Shown here piece after piece: positions 50,846-62,790 of a DNA stretch of 64,000 bases. The stretch covers positions 11,111,175 to 11,175,174 of the forward strand of contig MU056000.1 of NCBI GenBank assembly GCA_013239625.1. The letters run 5' to 3'. The position numbers and the translations under genes were made by a program. Source of the stretch: Lama guanicoe (lineage: Eukaryota). Each line of letters begins with the position of its first letter. Positions within the stretch are counted from its first letter, which is position 1. The notes beneath the pieces were generated by a model, which was given only the letters and a program-made list of their open reading frames with translations, was not told the DNA's origin and ran no database searches.

Positions 50846-51639
50846 AAAGCCTTGATGAGTTGCATGATTTCCCTCTTAATTTTGTAAATCAGAAGGAATG
50901 GCTTTGGAAGCTGTCCTTAGAGAAGCCTGAAAGACAGGGTTGCTCCTGGTGGTAGTAGAGTCTGGCTAACATGTGGACCGAGTAGCTGTTTTGTTTTCTG
51001 AATGTCCCTGCAGGGTTTCCCAAGCCAGCTTTGGGCTCAGCCAGGAAGTCTTCAGTGCTGTCGTCAGACTTGATGATACACAGATGAGATTCAGATGGCA
51101 GCTGTGGACCCTGCAGCCGTGGGTCCCAGTGACTTCCCCAGCTGCTCGGCAGCTCATGAATAGAACTGTGAAGGACTGGCCAGAACTCAGTCCTCTGTGT
51201 TCAAAGGAGAAACCAAGATGGGTACTTCATTCACCATCCTGAGTCCATGCTATGTTTTTTTCTTCAAGAATGGATCTAAACTTACAACATGTTCTCAGAT
51301 ATCTTTGATCTTGAGAGTCAACAGTGGTATGAAGACATGCATGGAAGAGGCAGGCGGCAGAGTGGGAAGTCACTGAGTCCCAGCTGGGCCTGATCTCTAG
51401 GGTGAAGAGGAAAAACAAGAGTTTGAGAATTGCACAGATGCAGAGGGAGTACAAAAGAAAAGATGGACATGTGTAGGAGGGACTGGAGTCTGTTCTCTGG
51501 TTGCTTCTGGGTGCAGGCAAGATTCAGAGAACCTCCTGTCTTCAACCACTCAGACACGCAGGCTTGGCAACATTTGCCCCTCTGAGCACTTGAAACGATT
51601 GTCTGGGGGCCTTCTGTGACTGATCCATCTGCCTCACCC

Positions 51640-52285
51640 TGACTGTCCAACCACAGACTCCTGGTGTTTCTACTGGACTTGCATCTCTCAGAGCTATTCC
51701 TCTCCACCCACCACTGCTACTTTCAGTAGCATCTTTTTAACCATTCTCACTGCCTCCAGTTTTACCCTCTTCCGTCCAATATCTACACTGCAGCTCAGTC
51801 TACTTTTCTGCAATCTGATATGCCCTCAGCTTGTTCAAACCCTTCCAAGGTGCCTCACTGCTCTCTGGATATAGTCCACGTTCCTCCCAAATCTGTGAGA
51901 CTTCAAGATTCACCACCATCTCCCACTTCCCTTCATTCTTCCATCTCCTCTGGCCCCGTTAGATTATCTGTGGTTTCCAAATGCTCAGGGTTCTCTTTCA
52001 CTTCTGGATTCTTCACTCTGCTTGGAAGAATCTGTGCACTCACATTGTCTAACTTTCCAGATCGCCATCCTCCTCACAGCCGAGTTTGAGCTGGGTGGAC
52101 CTACGGTGAATTCCGGAGCACCTTGTCTTTATACCTAGCTTCTGTAGAGACGGCTATACTTACTGGGTGAGTCTTCCATGGACTGTAAGTATCTTGAGAG
52201 CAGAGAGGCTGTTGCTCTTACATTCCCAGCTCCTAATGTCTGCTTATTAAAGCAGGGACCAAATCAATACGTGTTACGTAAAGTA
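51640..52285 (+). mobile_element. L2 fragment
   Basis: tcctctccacccaccactgc...ctacactgcagc...aaacccttccaaggtgcctcactgctct...ggactgtaagtatcttgagagcagag. Confidence 0.7.
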
Positions 52286-53262
52286 ATGAGGTGGGTCGCT
52301 TTGTTTGGGGAGGTGCTTCTAGCTAACCCAACAGTTGTTTTATTGTTGTACTTCCTGCCTCTTATCCCGTCTATCTTTGCAGCATGAAGAATTCTGTAGA
52401 GAAGGCAGATTTTTCATTGTGTGAGTGAGTCTTGGACCACCCTGACCACAGCTTGCCCTTTTTATTCCCTTTGTGTGTCAAAGACTCGAACCTGGTTTTC
52501 CAGGGGCTCACCATCTCCCCGGATCTGAATGATGGTGACACCATTTTGTCCATAAGTGGCAGCAGGTTGTGATGACTCTCAGTTAAGACTGGAGAATTTT
52601 ACAGGTCCTGGGGTGAGGCGTGAAAGTGCAAGTTTCACCTTCTAAAATGGAAAGACTTTCCTTGTTAAGAGCGAGGATGAAGGGGGAGGCTCAGAGTAGC
52701 AGAAGGCTTGGGAGTAGACCAGAGCTGACTCTGGAAGTGTCAGCTTCCCTTTCTGCCTCCACTTGGCAGGGTCAGGAGCTCAATGACATCAGTCTCCTTT
52801 GCCCCAGGCCTTGTGATGTGAGTCTTGAGATTTGTGAGGAATGAGATTGGCCCCATACTTAGCCATCTGCCTACTGTGGAAGGAGGGCCCCCTGAGGGCC
52901 CCTGCACTGAAGGCATCTCAGAGGCTCGTAGAAATATTTAGTTTCAACAGGTGCTCATTGAATGTCTACTGTGTCCGTGATCCGAGGAAACTGCAGCTCA
53001 GAGAACCTAAATCCCTTAGCTAGAAAATTCTAGAACTTGGACTAGAGTCTAGGTCTTCTCTCTGTTCATCCTCTGCTCCAATTTGATATAGTCCACCTCC
53101 AAACTTGATACTTACTCATTTTTTTAATGATGGCACAGGATAACAGAAGAAATTTGGAATCAAATGGACTTGGTTCTGCTCTGGGATGGAATTCAGTTCT
53201 CTGAGCTTACAAATAAGATAGTAAGACTTGGATCATAAGATTGTTGTGAAGATTAGATTAGA

Positions 53263-53937
53263 TTTTTTTTTNNNNNNNNNNNNNNNNNNNNNNNNNNNNN
53301 NNNNNNNNNNNNNNNNNNNNNNNNNNNNNNNNNNNNNNNNNNNNNNNNNNNNNNNNNNNNNNNNNNNNNNNNNNNNNNNNNNNNNNNNNNNNNNNNNNNN
53401 NNNNNNNNNNNNNNNNNNNNNNNNNNNNNNNNNNNNNNNNNNNNNNNNNNNNNNNNNNNNNNNNNNNNNNNNNNNNNNNNNNNNNNNNNNNNNNNNNNNN
53501 NNNNNNNNNNNNNNNNNNNNNNNNNNNNNNNNNNNNNNNNNNNNNNNNNNNNNNNNNNNNNNNNNNNNNNNNNNNNNNNNNNNNNNNNNNNNNNNNNNNN
53601 NNNNNNNNNNNNNNNNNNNNNNNNNNNNNNNNNNNNNNNNNNNNNNNNNNNNNNNNNNNNNNNNNNNNNNNNNNNNNNNNNNNNNNNNNNNNNNNNNNNN
53701 NNNNNNNNNNNNNNNNACTCCTGGGCTTGTACCCAGAAGGAAATCTATTTCAGGATGACACCTGCACCCCAATGTTCATAGCAGCACTATTTACAATAGC
53801 CAAAACATGGAAACAACCTAAATGTCCATCAACAGGTGACTGGATAAAGAAGATGTGGTATATTTATACAATGGAATACTACTCAGCCATAAAAACCGAC
53901 AACATAATGCCATTTGCAGCAACATGGATGCTCCTAG
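53263..53937 (-). mobile_element. Young 5'-inverted L1 spanning the gap, inserted in a MIR
   Basis: Poly-T before the gap; plus-oriented ORF2 C-terminus after it (DTCTPMFIAALFTIAKTWKQPKCPS..WIKKMWYIYTMEYYSAIK); TSD agattagattttt at 53255-53267 and 53938-53950, followed by aa. Confidence 0.8.
53272..53716. other. Assembly gap (445 N)
   Basis: Run of n characters. Confidence 1.
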
Positions 53938-55138
53938 AGATTAGATTTTTAATACCAAATCCCTAGCACACCGCCTGACACCATCACAGGTATTTTTTCC
54001 TCTTATGTTTAGAATGCCTAAAATCCACACTATTTAGCCAGTTACGTTCAGGCTACCCACTTAAAACTCCAGTACCCCTGAAAACTTTGTGGTCATGGTG
54101 TCTTACTCACCCCTGTGGCTTGTTTCGGAGTAGCTGACTTAGAGACCCCAGTCATCAGAGGGAAGACAACATCTGTCTGCCCATCTAGTCCAAGCCCTTA
54201 GTCTCTGTTTTCTTGTTTTCTACGTAGATTAAACTGACATTCACTCCTAACATTTAGCTTAGCTTAAGCACACAGAAGGAAAAAAAAATTATTAGTGAGA
54301 GATTATCTTATTATTTGGAGACATTTACAGCTAATACTATGCTTCCTTTGCATTTTAGCCTAGAGCTAAGCTTTTATTTGTACTTGACAATGAAAGCTCA
54401 AAAGAGTGCTGATGAATGACAGATTCCGGCACAAAACATGCTTATTCAAACACAAGGGCAGTGTCTTTTCCATGATGCTGCTGCGTGATTAGCATTTGGT
54501 TGAACACTGGGAAGTATTGAAGGGTAAGCAGTGAAACCAGTCCCCTGTTAGAACAACAGTGCAGGCAAACACTGGAAATGTTAGAGCTTTTCAAATGAGA
54601 AATCACTGACTGAAGGCTAGTTAGCGGCGCTGGAATCCAGCTGGTGAACATTTGCTCATCGTCCTGATGCCTTATGTTGTTCTTCCTCGCTCCCACTTTC
54701 CACAGACACTTCTGTCACTTGCCTCTCCCTTGGAGTTAAGCCGACCTTAGTCTTCCCCTGCTCAGTGTGGAATTCTCATTAAGTTTTCTGGTGCAGAGAT
54801 TTCGATTAGCAATTTATAAACTGATTTTCCCAAGAGTTTTCTAAGAGGTTAAATCGGGAGGAGACAGACATAGAGACATGCAGGTTTTGTTACTGTTGTC
54901 ATTTGTTTAATTAGAACAAATATTCTTTCTGCTTTTTATTGGAGGTTTGTGAATTTTCCCTCTTCATGCTAAATCTATGTTATTTCTCTAACTATGTTCG
55001 TGGGTAGCTTACTATGACACTGTACGCTATAGAGAAGAACTCAGTATGAGTAACTCTATCTTGGGCACCATCTGATGAGATTTAGTTACTCCATGCTGAT
55101 CACCAATCTTGCGGCGTAATCCCCAAGAAATGCTTATA

Positions 55139-55205
55139 ATTAGGTCAAACCATGTGAAATGGTTGATTTTGACTGTTTTGTTTTTACCTACAAAAATGGT
55201 AATTT
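55139..55205. mobile_element. Mariner-derived MITE remnant (MADE2-like)
   Basis: attaggtcaaaccatgtgaaat...tacctacaaaaatggtaattt resembles the recalled ~80-bp consensus; right TIR eroded. Confidence 0.55.
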
Positions 55206-56023
55206 TTTAAATAACAGATAATATTAAAAATTCAGTTCATTCATTTTTTTTCTTAAGATAAATTATGTTGTCTAGTGCCTGTAATATGTCCTATATATAT
55301 TAGACACCAAATATTTATTTGTTGGTGGGCTAATGGGCCTGGTGTTGACCTCAGTGACACTCATTAGGTAGGTTTTAAGGTCTCTGTGTCCACCTCTCTA
55401 CCACACAGTGGATGTAAGCATCATGAGGCACAGATGGCTGCACAGGAGATTTAATGTCTTGGTTGTATACAATGGGGGGACATATACTGGGTCAAGGAGG
55501 TCAAGAATTTCATCAGGCATTTGAAAAGTAAACAGTTGAAAAGGTTAAAAGTGTATCTGTTCTGATCTTGGGCGGTCAAGCCAGTAAATTTAACAACCAC
55601 TCTTAGAAATGGTGCTTCTAGTCCTGACTTGGTGTTGAGGGAGGTGTACTTTGCATGAAGGCTGAGACAGCTCCTTGGCCACTCACCGGAAAGTCAAGAT
55701 TCCTGATGCAGGTAATTCAGGGAAAGGGACAGGAGCATGAATTGCTATCCTCAGCTCACACCGGGGAGGGAGATTGAATGGACTAGTGCATCTGTGGGCT
55801 CTGCCTTGGATAACCATGCTGAGGATGGGCTTAAGGGATCTAAAGAGACTGATGCTGGAGAAGGGGCAGGTGCAAAATAGACTCGCAGGTGGCCTTGGAC
55901 GTGTTACAGAATTCTGGTTTTCAGAATTTCAGACTGGCCTTTTCCATAATAATCTGGACTGTGACACCCTATATTTCAGCTGCTGCTGACAAAAAATGCT
56001 TTTTGTATGTTACAAAACTTCTT

Positions 56024-56113
56024 TATTATTTTTAAATTTTTTAAATTTTTTATTTTTTGAACTTTTTTTTATTGAGTTATAGTCATTTTACAATGCTGTG
56101 TCAAATTCCAGTG
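56024..56113 (-). mobile_element. Very short young L1 3' tail with TSD
   Basis: T-rich tail plus tttattgagttatagtcattttacaatgctgtgtcaaattccagtg; TSD tacaaaa(c/g)ttctt at 56011-56023 and 56114-56126. Confidence 0.85.
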
Positions 56114-56889
56114 TACAAAAGTTCTTGATTGCAGTGGAAATGCTGTGTCTCTCCCCTCATGCTCCGTGTCCATCCCCACCGCTAACTTCATTAACTTTGT
56201 CACGCTCCTGCCTGGACCTGCGCACGTGATCTTGGTCAGTCTTTACATGTTAAAAATACACCTGCATGTGAAAAGGAGTCCACTGTGACTTTGTTGTTTT
56301 CATTTCTGATTCCCTAGAGCATTGTCTAGAAACTAGACCAAAGCAGTAACTTTCTCCTGAGGGTGTAGTCTTTTTGCCAGCTGCAGGGTAGGAGAGGCTG
56401 TGATCCCAGGGCAGGTAGAAAGATAGGGATGCCCATGCAGTGAGGAAGTCCCCATAAAAACAAATTGATATATTCCCATGACGTCCATAAAAGTCAGTTG
56501 CGATGATTACATTTTACGTGCCAAATGCCTGTAACTGGTAGCAACGTTCCAAGTGGGGAGGGGTCCCTGAAACCTGGAGAAAGCTGTTGTGGGAGAATTG
56601 ATCATGGAGTAGGGTCATATTTAGGAAGGGAAGACATGCTGTTCCAGCTGAGGAAAAGCGTTAGAACGAGGCAGGAGGTAGCGCTGCCCGTGGTGAGTTG
56701 GGGGAATTAATTATAGGCAGATCTGAACCGTCAGTACAGGAACAGAACCACGTAGAAAGAAAGATCTAGTCTGATTCTTTAAACAGATTATTACTACCAA
56801 ATAAATTACTTGGACAAAGTGCTGATCTAGAACCTTGATTTTGAAGTGTTATACAATTGTAGTAATTTACACTTTCAGAACAGTATTAA

Positions 56890-57470
56890 TTGGTCACATT
56901 TACTGAGCGCTTACTCTGTGCCAAGCGTAGAACTAGATGCTTTATATGCATTAATTCACGGAAGACCCAGCGCTCTGGGACCCCATTTTATAAATAAGGA
57001 AACTGAGACAGAGAGTTAAGTATCATTTCAAAGTCAAGGAGGTGATAAGTGACAAGGAATTCAAATCCAAGTGCACTGTCCCAGCATTTGGGCTTATCCC
57101 CAAGAGACTATAATAAATATCTAAGGATACAATGTAGTGTGGTGACGGAGGTCTCTGATGCCTGGTGCTTTCACCTACAAGCCTTGGGAAGGATGCACAA
57201 TCCATGCCTTAGTTTTCTCTGGGTGGACCAGGGGGATAGTAACATGGGTCCTATCTCATGGGATGGCCAGGAGGATTTGGTGGAATAACCAGACGGCAGA
57301 CCATGCTCAGTAGGGACTGGATGCTATGAGAGCTTGGGGAACATCTCGGCCCTAACCTTGCATGACAGAAGAAAGAGCGGAAGCTCAGTGATATTAAGTG
57401 GTTTGTTGAGATACAAAGTTGGGATTAGAATGAAGCACTTGTCTGTGAGAACAGGGGCTCTTGTCTCAAC
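56890..57470. mobile_element. Cluster of three MIR fragments in alternating orientation
   Basis: catttactgagcgcttactctgtgccaag...ccccattttataaataaggaaactgagacagagagttaag (-); gccttgggaag..gccttagttttctc (+); gaagctcagtgatattaagtggtttg (-). Confidence 0.7.
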
Positions 57471-58331
57471 AGCATGAAACCTGCCAAATCAGGATGTATG
57501 GTCATGCCAATATGGGCTGAGGGTTGCTTTTGAAATAACTAAGACAGATGCATTTTAAAGTAAATTCCAGTGCTTGTGGATAGATAAATCATTTCATTTT
57601 GTGTAGTGTGAAGATGTGCGTGTGGTGAGAGAGCTTGTTTTGTTTTTTTAATTAGATAACTAAGTCTACAGAAGGAGTTACTAATTCTTCACGCCTGTAT
57701 TTTTAAATATGTTTCTTCCCAAACTAAAATAAAGATGGATGTCAACTTTCGGATACGAAATTTTACATACTATATATCGCTATTCCTAATCCATCTTTTG
57801 TACGCTGAATTTATTCCACAACATACAAGCTGTCTCAGTGATTATTCATTTTTTCCTAATCCCATTCTGATGGCCCTCTTCGGTTTCAGAGACACCATGA
57901 AATCAGGCTCCGGGGGCGAGGTCATTCCCTCTGCTGCCCTGGCGTCCCTCCCGGTCCTGTGGCTGGAGAGGGCTGGGCTGGATGTGAGCAAAGCTGGTGA
58001 GGCTGAATACCTGACTTCTGTTGTGGCACAGGGGGAAGGCAGATTGACCAGACTCCCATTCGAGATGCCGACTAAGTTCCACACAGAAATGAGAATGCCG
58101 GGGGCTGCCCTAGGAAATGCCCAGGCTTTGGTACCAGTGTCTACTCAAGTGTGTCATCTCCAGGGTCTTACTCCCCTCTCTCCCCCAGCGAGAAGAGGAC
58201 ACCCTTTCTTCCTACTCCATCCCAAGGCTTTCATCCACTAAGCAGGATCAGAAGGGCAGTGCTTCCGTGGACCAGAATAAGAGAATGATCTACCCCCGAC
58301 CGCCAGCAGTCTGGGTACAGAATTCCCTCTA

Positions 58332-58494
58332 ACGGGACCAGTTCTGTGAGTTTTCTGCCCAGTGTTCCAAAGGGCCCCATGCTTGGTTTAGTGTTCTGCA
58401 GTTGTCCTCTTGAAATTCTTAATTGTTTCTTAATAAGGGCTCCACATTTTTGTTTTGCTCTGGGGCCCACAGATTAAACAGACAGCCAGTCCTG
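58332..58494. mobile_element. MER91-type hAT-Tip100 MITE
   Basis: agggccccatgcttggtttagtgttctgcagttgtcctcttgaaattcttaat...ccacatttttgttttgctctggggcccacagatt...agccagtcctg. Confidence 0.8.
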
Positions 58495-58599
58495 CCCCCT
58501 AACAACATGGTCTGCTCCTTGACTTGCATGTGTTTACTTTCAAAGACAAGTTCCAGGATACATTAGGTAAGAAGGCAGCGGACTGCTTATGTTAATTTA

Positions 58600-59440
58600 A
58601 GGAGAAGTGGAATTGCTGGGATAAAAGGATGTAAATCCTATCAAGGCTTTTGATGTGCCTGTTTCCAGACACTTTAAAGTGCTTGTATCTATTTATTCTT
58701 GCAGCCGTGCATTGGGTTTCCCCACCAAAACAAACCATTTTGCAAGTGTGTGGATTATAAGTGGCATCTTCTTGTTTTGTTTTGCCTTTCTTTATGAGTG
58801 AGTTAGCCTGTGTTTCCAGTTCTGTTACAGCGTTTGTGTTTCTTCTTTGGTGAATAGCCTATTGTGGCTCATATTCTAGTCTTAGGGTCTTTCAAGTGAT
58901 GCCTGTGAGTTCTTTGGACAATAAAGACATTTGCTCCTTATGATTTTTTTTTTCTCCTTAAAGGGTTGTTTGGCATCAATTACATTTGTTGCTATTTGTT
59001 TATTTTTGTTATATAGAAATCTAAGATTTTTTTCGTGGTTGAATCTTTTGATAATTTTCTTGGCACTTTCTAGTGTTAGTTTTAGGTTAATAGACTTCTG
59101 CCTTCTAGACATTTGATAAATATTTAGTTCTGTTTTCTTTTGAATTTGTGTATTTTGAATTTTATACTTTATTTTTGAGTATGATGAAGATATGATTTTT
59201 TAAAAAAATAATAGGTACCTAATTGTCCCATTATCAGTTGTTCATTTTTCCCTTTTCACTGTCATTCAGGGTTACCTTTCTGTCTTCACTGTTTACATAT
59301 GAATTTATCTCTGGGCTCTCCATTCTGCTCCACTGGAGTTTCTGTCCTATCTGTAGCACCCTGACTTAACTGATGCACCTTTATATGCCATGAATGGTGT
59401 AGGACTGGTCCATTTCAATCTTCTTGCAATTTTGGTGCAC
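58600..59440 (-). mobile_element. Old L1ME-type fragment
   Basis: gaagtggaattgctggga..aaggatgt...aagtggcatcttcttgttttg...atttatctctgggctctccattctgctccactgg. Confidence 0.7.
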
Positions 59441-59999
59441 ATTTAATGATTACTATGTCCAAGTGGTAAAATAAAAGCATAATCAACTTGCCCTCAAAAA
59501 CATTGCACCATACAAACAACATTGAAATGAATCAGCATTGTTTCCTTTCTGTCAAATATTGTAAATATATGAAACCTTCTTTTGATGGCAACTACTGTGG
59601 TAAATCAAAGCACAGACTCAGGAGTTAAGCTTAAGTGCCAGGGTCTCCAGGCACTTGCCAGCCTTCGAAAGTAAGAATAAAATGGGGACTTTTCAAAAAA
59701 AAAAAAAGCATCTCCTCCTCCTAGCTAACTTTATTTTCTGGTCTGTTTCTGTATCTGCTTTTCTCTTAACCACTATCAGATTTCTACTTGGAAATAAATT
59801 ACTTTAAGTACTTTGTCCTATGAATTTAAAGTATACAAGTGGCATTTCTCTTAGGCGTTCAGCATTCAGGCTCTTTACTAAATCATTGTCTCCTATTGAT
59901 GATCTGTGTTGTTTATTTTTCTGTATTTGAAGATACAAGTTTTGTCATTTGAATAAAGTAAACAGGCAAAGTCTGTGTTTACTTGATAACTATTACCTT

Positions 60000-60295
60000 G
60001 TTCATTCAACAAGTCTTTATTGAGTGTCTACAAGCAGCTGGTCCTGTGGGTAGCAGTGATCTTGACAGACAGAGTCCTTTTCTGGGGACCCTCAGAGTGC
60101 ATTCCAGGAGGAGAGCAGTGGCTTTGTGTCCCTGAGTCATATGGGCCATAAGAGAAAGATTGGCTTAGGCCAGAACCCAACAGGAAACTGTTAGGGGGTT
60201 TTAAACTGGGCTGGTGACATGATCTGGTGATGTATCAGTGTTGGTGACATTTGGGAAGGATGGAGTGATGGGGTGGAGGGGTGACAAGGGCAGGG
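60000..60295 (-). mobile_element. L2 3' fragment
   Basis: ttcattcaacaagtctttattgagtgtcta...ggaaactgttagggggttttaaactggg..gtgacatgatctg. Confidence 0.7.
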
Positions 60296-60465
60296 GGAAT
60301 ACACATAGGCCAAAATATTTAATTCCATCTCTTTATTCTAAAAGATAGAAATCTTGAGGCAGGCAAGATTTTTCTGGGTGTCTCAAACCATACATCTGAA
60401 AACACTTCCCTAGATAGCATCACATTGAGACAAAACATCATCACAAATGCCTAAAATTTTTACTT

Positions 60466-61293
60466 CTTTTTTTTTTACACACTGAAGTACAGTTAGTTAC
60501 AATGTATCAGTTTCTGGTGTACAGCACAATGTCCCAGTCATGCATATACATACATATATTCATTTTCATAATCTTTTTCATTAAAGGTTATTACAAGATA
60601 TTGAATATAGTTCCCTGTGCTATACAGAAGAAATTTTTTTTAAATCTATTTTATATATAGTGGGTAACATTTGCAAATCTCAAAATGGGCAGAAGACCTA
60701 AACAAGCAATTCTCCAATGAAGACATATAAATGGCCAATAGGCACATGAAAAAATGCTCAATATTGCTAATTAGCAAAGAAATGCAAATAAAAACTACAA
60801 TGAGGTATCACCTTATACCAGTCAGAATGGCCATCATTCAAAACTCCATGAATGATAAATGCTGGAGAGGCTGTGGAGAAAAGGGAAACCTCCTATACTG
60901 CTAGTGGGAATGCAATTTGGTGCAACTGTTATGGAAAACAGTATGGAGATTCCTCAAAAAACTAAAAATAGACTACCATCTGATCCACCAGTCCCACTCC
61001 TGGGCATATATCTGGAGGGAGCTCTAATTGGAAAAGATACATGCACCCCAATATTCAAATCAGCACTATTTACAATTGCCAAGACATGGAAGCAACCTAA
61101 ATGTCCATCAACAGATGACTGGATAAAAAAGATGTGGTATATTTATACAATGGAATACTACTCAGTCATAAAAAAGAATAAGATAATGCCATTTGCAGCA
61201 ACATGGATGGACCTAGAGATCATCATTCTAAGTGAAGTAAGCCAGAAAGAGAAAGGAAAATATGATGTGATATCACTCATATGTGGAATCTAA
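60466..61293 (-). mobile_element. Young 5'-inverted L1: antisense 3'UTR (60466-60684) joined to sense ORF2 C-terminus (60681-61293)
   Basis: Poly-T plus antisense 3'UTR, then an orientation switch at caaa (60681-60684). ORF 60859-61293 ends in the L1 ORF2 C-terminus (ALFTIAKTWKQPKCPSTDDWIKKMWYIYTMEYY...SLICGI*). Confidence 0.92.
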
Positions 61294-62314
61294 ACTTTTT
61301 TTACTTTCTATTTCCTTGAGTTAAAGCCCTGTAAATAGCATTTCAGTAAAGTCTTTATGGACATACATTGTAAGCACACCCTAGAATCTGAGCCCACAAA
61401 ATGTATTCATCCAATGCAGCTCGATTTTTGGGATGTGTATAGTAATTTTCCAAGAAGGTGACTGAAGAGGGCCTGGAGTTGAGGAAGACATTGATGCGTA
61501 GCCTGAAACGTTAGATGCCTGTAACCTGGTCTTCCTTCAGACAAAATGGGATAGTCAGAATGTCACTGCCACCTTCATGGATGAAGCAATGCCTTTCTGC
61601 TACAAGAGTTTGGGAAAAGCATCCTAGGGGATTTTATAGTTATTAACCAAGTATCTGTTCATCAAGGGTGAGAATGAGGAAAGAAGCAACAGCTATTGGT
61701 GGAGTATTTGATCTCTTCTGGCTAAAAGGCAAAGCTATTATATTTTCAAAAGGGAGGAGAGATTAGCTCCTAAGTTGCTATATTCAAGAACTATTCCAGT
61801 TTCAGGCAAGATTTATTTTGCTTAATGTATCTCGTTTTATGGAAGCCAGACCTTTCCCTTCACTGGCCTCTGCAAACCTTAAGTTAGGTTATGACCCCAA
61901 TTTATATGATAAAAGGGCTGTAAATGCAAAATTTAGGGAGAGCGATCCTTTTTAATGCATAAAGCTTTGAAAAATACAACATAGATTATAGGTGGAAGCT
62001 GAATTAAAGTTTTTAAAAGAAGAAAGACCTACCAAGTCATCTGTTCATTGCCCAGAGCAAATTAAACTATTTTCCAGAGTCTGGGAGCCTTATCAGATTT
62101 ATCATGTGCTGTATATACAGATTCTTATTTTTACTTGGTTGTGTGTGTTTTTTTTAAACATTGCAATTCATCACTGTTAAAATTATTACTTTAAACTTAT
62201 TTCACCTTTTACAGAGTCAGTCTCTACAGGAAGAAAGTGCTGCTTTCACATGGAAAAAGTATCTTACCTTTAGGACGAATTTTGTTTCCTTGAATTCTAA
62301 GTTGTATCTTTGTT

Positions 62315-62790
62315 AAGCATACGTTTCTGCAGCTGCAACATTCATCACCAGGTGCAGCAGACAGAACTCTTCCTTTGTCCTTAATTAGTTCACAAAACAG
62401 AAATCCAGTAGCAGAGTGGGGGTCAGGACCAGTTTGAACTGGGGTATGTGTTGGTGATGTTCACCTGATTTCTTTCTGCCTTTCAGCTTTTCTGTGTGCG
62501 TCTTCATGGTAGGGTGGACTCTCCTTTTTATACAGTGTGGCTGCTAACAACTTCCAGGGTATTATCCAGAGACAGTGAGAGAGCGTCTTTTCCCTACCAT
62601 CGAACAACTTTGGCCATTTAACTGCCTCTCTCTTCTGCCTGGTCAGTCACGGGGCAGTGAGGATGGGCTCGTGTTGAGAGGCTTAGGACGGGCAGCACTC
62701 TCTGCTGGAGCTGGAGGTGAATTCGCTGTCACCCAACCATGAGAGAGCCACACAAAGTCAGGGGGATGGGATGGACAGGACAATCACTGC
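62315..62790 (-). mobile_element. Ancient MLT1-type (MaLR) LTR, degraded
   Basis: gtttctgcagctgcaaca...cacaaaacagaaatccagtagcagag...gtggctgctaacaacttccagg...ggagctggaggtga. Confidence 0.5.

Noticed and set aside
53228..53772. 176/179-aa ORFs
   Set aside because: Artefacts of translating through the N gap.
57735..58241. 168-aa ORF, with a possible acceptor and ACCATG near 57890
   Set aside because: No recognisable domain or homology and only mediocre donor sites; this length is plausible by chance in 64 kb.
60859..61293. 144-aa ORF as a host gene
   Set aside because: It is the L1 ORF2 C-terminus inside a truncated, inverted retrotransposon. The same applies to 53727-53966 and 4871-5071.
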